Positions 56,499-64,000 of a stretch of 64,000 bases of DNA are shown here, one piece after another. This DNA is from Eledone cirrhosa (Eukaryota): contig OZ024746.1 of assembly GCA_964016885.1 (NCBI GenBank), positions 38,378,001 to 38,442,000 on the forward strand, read 5' to 3'. The notes under the pieces were generated by a model. That model did not search any database, was not told the origin of the DNA, and saw only the letters and a program-made list of their open reading frames with translations. Position 1 is the first letter of the stretch. Every line of letters begins with the position of its first letter. Both the position numbers and the translations under genes were made by a program.

Positions 56499-57013
56499 CG
56501 TTTGTGGTTCGGTTTACCGCATTCATCATTACAAGTCTCCGAAGCTATATTCGAAGACACTTACCAAAGTGCTGCGCCGACGAACTGAACCCAGAACCAC
56601 ATGTCTGTAAAATCAACTACATCACCACAAAGTCTTGTCTACACCTATGTTGTACATATATTTTGAGAAAATAATTTTTATTGGGTTTTAGGCTAATTAG
56701 AATTCTAGAGACCAATTGAACAAAAAAACGAGGACATTTCAATTATGATTTATATTTCCTTTCTTAAGATTTGTTCTTGCTCTTTTGGTCTCTTAACATT
56801 CTAATTATCCTAAGGTCTAACTAACAGTTATCTGGGGTTTTTTTAAATCTCTCAAGAACATAATTATCCCGCTATCTATACATTCGTATTTTCACACTAA
56901 ATCAACTAATCAGCACACCTACTTCATTTACAACATCATATTATATGTATGTTTTCTTTACTTTATAGTTTTGACTATTCGCTAGACAAAGCATTGGAAT
57001 ATATTCCCGTAAT

Positions 57014-57045
<32 letters not shown>

Positions 57046-57107
57046 ACACACACACACACACACAGACTCATGTATATATAGGGACGATAGATATATAGAT
57101 AGATAGA

Positions 57108-58087
57108 TTTCTTTATTTGCCACAAGGGCACACAAGAAAAGGGGACAATACAATGACATGCCGGGGATTTTACATACAGTCGTGTAAAAAAATATAAAAC
57201 AAACTATTACAACAATCGAAATCCCCAATAGGGGGAAGCGCCACAAATGGGTTATTTAATACCCCGTCGATAGAACAACCCTCAACTCCAGGAGCGTGTT
57301 GTGCAAGTGCTACTTTCTTCCTTTTGCTCTCTTCTTTAATCTACAGTCTTATAAACAGAGAAGGCCCAATAACTCGGGCCATTTTTGCCACATTCACCCA
57401 CCTTTCAATAAATTTACTGGGGTGCAGTGCCTCTTTCTCCACTCTGATTCTTCTCCTAAAGTGATACTTAAAGAAGGGAATCAATTGTTGTCCGGAGAGA
57501 AAGGCATCTGTCCTCAGTCCTCTCAATCTATTCCACCATATAACTTATTTCACCATAGCCACCGTACAGAGGAAAACCGCCTCTCTTTCGTTTTTGAAAG
57601 AGGCTGGCGGTTTGATCCTTACTATGGACTCGGCAGTCAACTGGATTTTTCCCATACGCGACAGCAGTTGTTCTGCATAGTTCCACAGGTCGGTTAAGCC
57701 CGGGCAGTATACAATTGCGTGCAGGACGGTTTCAATGTCCTGCGCGCATCTTCGACACGTCCTCTTGGAAGGATCCCTGCCGGAGCGTCCGTGCCTGTAG
57801 ATCTTGTCACGAACCGGTAGAGCTCCTCGGTAGCACTGCCAGGCCAGGGAAGTTGTCCATAGGTCCCGGGCGGAAAGTCCTACCAAACGGACTGGTGAGC
57901 TCATCGTCTTCGACGCTCACAGTCTCTCCAAGCACGTCGTCGCTCTTGTAACGTACAATCCCTCTATAGAATGTTGAAGTGAAGTCTCCACTGATTGCTG
58001 TGCCCGCTTGCCAGAGCACTGTGAGCGCCTGAGCGCATTCAATGTGCCAAGCACCCATCGCTTTCGGTCTTTTCTTGACCAGGACTG
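57108..58087 (-). mobile_element. 5'-truncated Tx1-type element, subfamily 3, copy F
   Basis: LAWQCYRGALPVRDK, CRRC...ETVLH...C, ERWVNVAKMARV. GATA units at the 3' end and (GATA)n 58088-58169 at the 5' end. Confidence 0.9.
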
Positions 58088-58169
<82 letters not shown>

Positions 58170-59836
58170 CATGGAGAGATAGGTATACCTATATATATAT
58201 ATAATACAAATATGTACACAGTTTCTGTCTACCAGATTTCCCCTGCAAGGCATGGGGCACCTCTAGGGTTTAGTAGAAAACAGTTGCCCACGCAGCCAGT
58301 CAGTGGTTGCAAAATTATTTAAAAGGATAACTATGGCTCAAATACACGACCCTTTCGTGTAGAAAAAGGAGCATAGTAGCACATAGATAATCTAATATAT
58401 ACGAACTAGATACAAATGCAGCCACCTTGAAAGTTAATTTACCTGGAAGTATGTTAATCAAGATTCTTTCCATATCCACTTTTTTTCTTTTTTTCATATC
58501 TACTTCTAATTCCTTATCATTATCACTCACTGTATCCACTAAATACTTCATACACTCACCTTCCCATCAAAGAGATCAGAAGTGTGATTATTATAGGAGT
58601 TCGCTGGTTATAAGTTAATCCACCTATCGATCCCTGCGGATGCAGCCACGCATTTCTACTCAAAGATCTCGATGACCGTATGTCACAGGGTACTGAGGAG
58701 GTATGCAATATCCGGTACGGTGGCTTTGGACTCCGGTCTCCAGTGACCTGTTGCAGTGTCCTCCTCAACAGAGTTCTTCAACAACACAACGGAACTTACA
58801 CTGATCGGTAAATGCGAGGCGTTTTACGTGACAGCGTCATATGGGCGTCCATCCCTCGCTCCTCTTTGTAGTCTTCCAGTCCCGTCAAAACAAATAAGAC
58901 GCCATCCAGTGTAACACGACCTCGGACAGGCTGGTACGCCAGGTTGGCACTTAGGTGGACAGTGGTCGTTTGTGCATCGGTTTTCCCTGAAGCTCGGCCT
59001 CTTCCTGATCTGTGAGTCTCACAAATGCCGCTGCACATCTTCTCTGGTGTCTTTTAACCTGCACCCAATGCCATGCCGTTATAGTGCTGACCGCCTAATA
59101 CGCCATGCTGCTCTCAATGAGATCATAAAACATGGCCTGTACTCCGGGGCTTCGCTACCGAACTTGAGCCAGCGGGAGAGAGTAAAATGCCAGGCAGTAT
59201 GACAATCTCCCCGTTCCGATGTGGAAAGCCCTTCATCTATGATGGAACATGTCCCGACAACTTCTCCCGCGGCAACCTGGTGCATTTCGTTTTCAGCTCA
59301 GGCTTCGCTGTTCGTCCGGCCGAAGAAGGCAAACTTTCGAAGTATCAGCCGATATCTGATTGGTTTGTGATTGAGCCTGTGGTAGTGGAATTTTCCAGCA
59401 TTCCTGTCCCCCACCCATCTACGACGACATACCTACTCATTTCAATCGAGGTGGATTTTGCTATATACAATAGCAAGACATGCGAGTGGGGGTAGTTCCA
59501 GTGGGAATCTCTCGCAACATCCCAGGCAACGTCTCCATTCTCTCTGCTGGGATTAAGAGCTGGACTAGCCCTTAAATAGTGAGGTACTTTCCTAATTACA
59601 TTTATGCTAACTTTGCTGTGTAGGTTATTCAGGATTAACATGCAAACAAGGCTATGAGATGCGAGATAGCCCCGTGGAAGAGGTATTGCACTACATACAA
59701 AATCGTGAATGTATCAGTAGACTGTTGAATTGAATGATTTTCTGTATGCATTCCAGCTGTATGCAGTTTCAGTTCATATCTCGCCGTCGTCAAGTTTCAT
59801 CCTTTTGATTTATCCTCTAATCCATCTACAACCTCG

Positions 59837-59867
<31 letters not shown>

Positions 59868-62797
59868 TATTATTATTCCATTACCTGAATAACTTTTGTT
59901 ATTATTTACTTATTCAAGGAGCAGAGCGATTATCTCTAAGAGTCCTTTTAATGACAGAATCAAGCAAATCTATGGATATTTTGCATTGGAAAAACTTCAT
60001 AACCTCCCAAGCTTTCAATCTATTTTGCAATTATGGAAATATGTCGAAAGCTAGTTTTATTGTGACAGCTTGTATTTTATCCTACCTTACACCTTGCTCG
60101 GCTATAAGTAATATATAGATGTGAGTTTCTGTTATTGGAATCAGTTTCAATGGTGATATTTTCATGATTCCACCTATTGTATAGATGTCATATAATATTG
60201 ATATCATAGAATAATCATGTGCATATGTCTAGTTTGAAAGTGGTTTTCTGGTAGTGACTATAGGTTCTTTCGACACTGCTGTCTCCAGCAGCTCCCATCT
60301 TGCAGAGAGAAGTAGCATTTCGATAGGTGAGAAACTCCAAACGCAGAGCATCTGTGTCTTTGCAGAAATTCGCGTATAAATGAGATTCCGTTTATTTCTC
60401 CCATCAGCAAATATTTCCACCTTTGCCAACCATTCTTATATCCTCTATGTTATCTAATGGCACACTTGCCCTGGTACACCTACGCACGGTCAAACTAACA
60501 AATCACGTTATAGTCTTATTTTTTCCTGCGTACGCATGAAAGTAGAGACTACTTCCAATTGTGTTACTGATTTCATCCGCAACGTGTTTCCCTTTTAACA
60601 GTTGACTATTACTTATTGTTTTTGTGGTATTTGTCCAGCTTCTTTTTCTAGTCATCTTCCTAATCACTATTTCCATTGAAATGATGGTATTAGCTATTTA
60701 AGTAGGTGATTAACCAGGATTTCTGTTCATCAATGATGTTGTGAGTATGGAAGCAGAGTCATCTGATCAAGTACTCAATCATACGATATAGCAAATTAAA
60801 ACACATTCTTGAATGGTGAAACGTATTGGTTTAAATCAATTTCTTAAGAAACTTTTGCAGTTATATATATCGTCGATTTGATAGTTCTTAATTCATAATA
60901 AACAAGGGTATGTAGTAGATCTTATTTAAGTCTGAAATGTAGTGGGCAACTGCTTTCATATATTCCTTCCTTGAGATCAATATATCCCTACCATCCTCTT
61001 GTCTGGGGCTATAGAACCATTGAAGGTCAGAATTAGTGTACAGTATGTGGAGTTTTTTTAATTTTTAATACATTTCTCGCATTTCTCTCTCGCTCTAGCC
61101 CACTACCACGGTGTTATATGTTATAGAAGTTACTGCAAATATTTTGATGGCTTAAAAAGTTGTCTAGTTTTTTTAGATATTGTTTTAACATATTTTAATG
61201 GCAACCAGTTTCCCTCTGTCCTGTCGAAAGAAATTTTAAGGTGTATAAGATTGAACAGAGCGACGATAAACACATTCCTCAGCGGCCAAGCTTCCATCAA
61301 GCTTTTCAAGGTCCACTAATGTGATATAGTAAATGCTCAACTAAGTGAATTTGCTCAATGGTAAGGGAGAATTTCAAGAATAGCCTACTATCAGCACCTG
61401 TAGTTCGAAAAACACGAGAATATGTCACTATCTTTGGATAATCAAGTTATCTCGGTTTCCATTGGCCCTACGTGGCTAGTACAATTGTTTTTTATGCCAG
61501 TGTTGCTGTAATTTTGTTGGTTAATGGGAATATACTTTCCACAAGATTTGCTTAATGAAAAATGATTTTGGATCCATTTAAAACAGTTTTTATGAATTTC
61601 TAAACGAAATCCCCGTTAGATGCTGTTGATAAAATGTATTCCCTCCTTAGACATTATTGTGTACATATATTTTTGAAAGCCTGCATTTTTTATTGTTTAT
61701 TATAATAACTCAACAGCAGCGAGAGTAGGTGCTAAACATAAATTTGGTAGCAGCTGTCGGCAAAAAAATAATAATAATAAAATGACACCTGATAAAATAC
61801 AAAAATTAGACAAAGCAAACAGAATAAAACTGACAGTCACTCTTATAAACAGAGATAATTAAAATTTGGCAAGCAAAAAGTGTGAGAAAACAAATTTAAA
61901 TAACAATAACGAATGTACTACCCCAGCAACAAACACATGTTACTCACCCATTACTACATTCGCAAGCTACAGAACATTTCAGTCAGAGGAAAAAGCTTGG
62001 AAATAGTATGTCACAAAAGCAAATGCTTTCTCAACGAGTAGGATTTCCATATTCCCTCGAGAACAACATTTGAAGAAGCCTTGTGGTCCTGGTAGGTATC
62101 AGACTTTGGATGGTGTATTCTATATGCAAGCACTACTGCTCTTGTTTTGTTTTTGTTTTTTTTTGTTTTTACTATTCCTACTGGTTCTTTCACATTTCAG
62201 TTTAGAATAATGAATATGTAGCTTTTTTACTGGGATCGCTTGAGTATTCATGTTAATTACTTAACTAATTGTATTTATCTCGTTTTTAGTAGTAATCTAA
62301 TCCATTTGTAGTATTCCTTTCTAATCTCTTTCGTTTCTGTGTTTTGGACACTTCTAATTATTTGATTCCTAAGTATGTGTATGTCACTGTTTGATCCAAT
62401 TATCTTACCCTAGTTTTTTTATATAGCATCGTATGAGTGTTTTTCACAAGTTTTCCTCTCTTCCGAGTTGCCTTGGCGCTTTTTCTAGTTGCAATTTCAA
62501 GGCCACTTCTTTTGTGAATCCATTGTATTATCAGTAACAGTGTTTCGGGCTGTCTCTGGTCTGCGGCAGACAGTTTAGATCATTTATTTACAGCCTTAGC
62601 TTTTCTCAAAATCAAAGTCTGTAGCTTTTCCGGAACCATAACCAAGTATTTTTGTCATTACACACGTTTCTTGTTTCCTTAAGGAATGCTGAATCCAGGG
62701 CCTTTTCATCAATTGTTGTTTCTTCTTCTACTGCTTCTTCATCTTATAACAATAATAATAATAATTATTATTATTATTATTATTATTATTGTTGTTA

Positions 62798-64000
62798 TTC
62801 CTTGAATCTCAGTCATTGATGTTGGTTAACTGGAAAGTCCGTTGGAATGAATATCAAGCCACTACCTGCAGCCTCAGATATTCAGGGCGTATCGGAGGGT
62901 TCTTGCTGTTCCAAGCAAGCATGCCTTTTGGAGCGTTCCAAAAAGCGTGAAGGGGCCGATTTTCTTTAACCATCCCTCGAAACTTTTGGAGATAATCCCC
63001 AGTGCGCCTATGACAATCGGGATCACTTTGACTTCATGGCAGTTCCAAATCCTTTTCACCTCCCAGTTTAGGTCCTGGTATCGGTTAATTTTCTCCCTCT
63101 CCTTCTCTTGCACTCTCGTGTCGAACGGGCAGGCCACATCCACAATCAGACACGATCTTTTTTCTTTGTCCACAACCACCAGGTCAGGTCTATTGTGTTC
63201 CAGTTTTTTGTCCGTCTGTATCCTAAAATCCCACAGCAGCTTCACCTGATTGTTCTCCATCACCGCCTCTGGCCTATGCTCATACCATTTCTCAGAATGT
63301 GGTAAATTGTTTACTTTGCACAGGTGCCAGTGGATCACCCTGCCCATCACATCGTGTCTCCAGCCCTTATAGTGGGTCTGGGCTAGGTGTTTACACTCGG
63401 ACGCAATGTGAGCCACAGTCTCCTCTCTCTCTCCACAGATCCTGCACAGTGGGCTAGCCTCCCCCTTGTAAATATGGTGCTTCAACCACTTCGTTTTGAG
63501 GGCCTGCTCCTGCGCAGCCATTAGCATTCCTTCTGTAGTCTTTTTGAGGTCTTCTCTTCTCAACCAGTTCCATGTCTGTGGATCTCTAAATTCAGTTTTC
63601 TCAAAGAAGGTACTATGAAGGGATTTTCCCTTAAGGCTGCTCTTCCTCCTTGATGTTATTTCCTCCTTGGATATCCCCTGGCCCACTGTCCCCTCCTTCA
63701 GTACAGTTCTGAGCATTGGCTCCTTACTATAGGTCACGTATTTGTATAGGTTGTTTTTCTCCATCTGAACACAGTCCTCTATGCTGATAAGACCTCTTCC
63801 ACCCTCAGATCTCCTTAGGTAGAGTCTATCGACATCACTCCTCTTGTGGAACATGTTGTAGATAGTCAATAGCTTCCTAGTCTTCCTATCCATTTCTTTT
63901 TGTTCAGCAACATTCCATCTCAGAATTCCCGCACTGTACCTAATAATAGACACAGCTCGGGAATTTACTGCGCTTATGGCATTTCTGCTGTTCAGATGTG
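62798..64000 (-). mobile_element. R4-clade (Dong/Rex6-like) non-LTR retrotransposon, 3' part; runs off the window
   Basis: ORF 62874-63953, about 75-bp 3' UTR, ends in (TAA)n (62749-62798). Confidence 0.85.
62874..64000 (-). CDS. C-terminal part of RT / restriction-like endonuclease polyprotein
   Basis: RLYLRRSEGGRGL (thumb), CRIC...ETVAHIASEC (CCHC), RHD, RPDLVVVD...IVDVACP...K..RY (PD-(D/E)xK RLE), IPIVIGALG. Confidence 0.9.
   Translation of the reverse strand, partial: HLNSRNAISAVNSRAVSIIRYSAGILRWNVAEQKEMDRKTRKLLTIYNMFHKRSDVDRLYLRRSEGGRGLISIEDCVQMEKNNLYKYVTYSKEPMLRTVLKEGTVGQGISKEEITSRRKSSLKGKSLHSTFFEKTEFRDPQTWNWLRREDLKKTTEGMLMAAQEQALKTKWLKHHIYKGEASPLCRICGEREETVAHIASECKHLAQTHYKGWRHDVMGRVIHWHLCKVNNLPHSEKWYEHRPEAVMENNQVKLLWDFRIQTDKKLEHNRPDLVVVDKEKRSCLIVDVACPFDTRVQEKEREKINRYQDLNWEVKRIWNCHEVKVIPIVIGALGIISKSFEGWLKKIGPFTLFGTLQKACLLGTARTLRYALNI

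Overview
AT-rich, microsatellite-saturated animal genomic DNA with no recognisable host gene; the SINE and repeat landscape suggests a cephalopod (inference). It is a nest of retroelements. (1) Six minus-strand L1/Tx1-type non-LTR retrotransposons of three subfamilies, each abutting (GATA)n; four form a head-to-tail array at 26737-47218. (2) Three Penelope-like elements (RT and/or GIY-YIG), each ending in a hammerhead ribozyme (HHR) motif, plus many short (TA)n-flanked fold-back insertions with whole or partial HHR cores. (3) A 3.6 kb non-coding array of apparently identical 310-bp units (50770-54392), each with a complete minimal type I HHR, partly inverted and apparently nested in a Penelope 3' region; this is a candidate retrozyme/circular RNA system. 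(4) An R4/Dong-type LINE ending in (TAA)n, a hAT-type MITE and SINE fragments. All structures were read by eye; no alignment or folding software was run.
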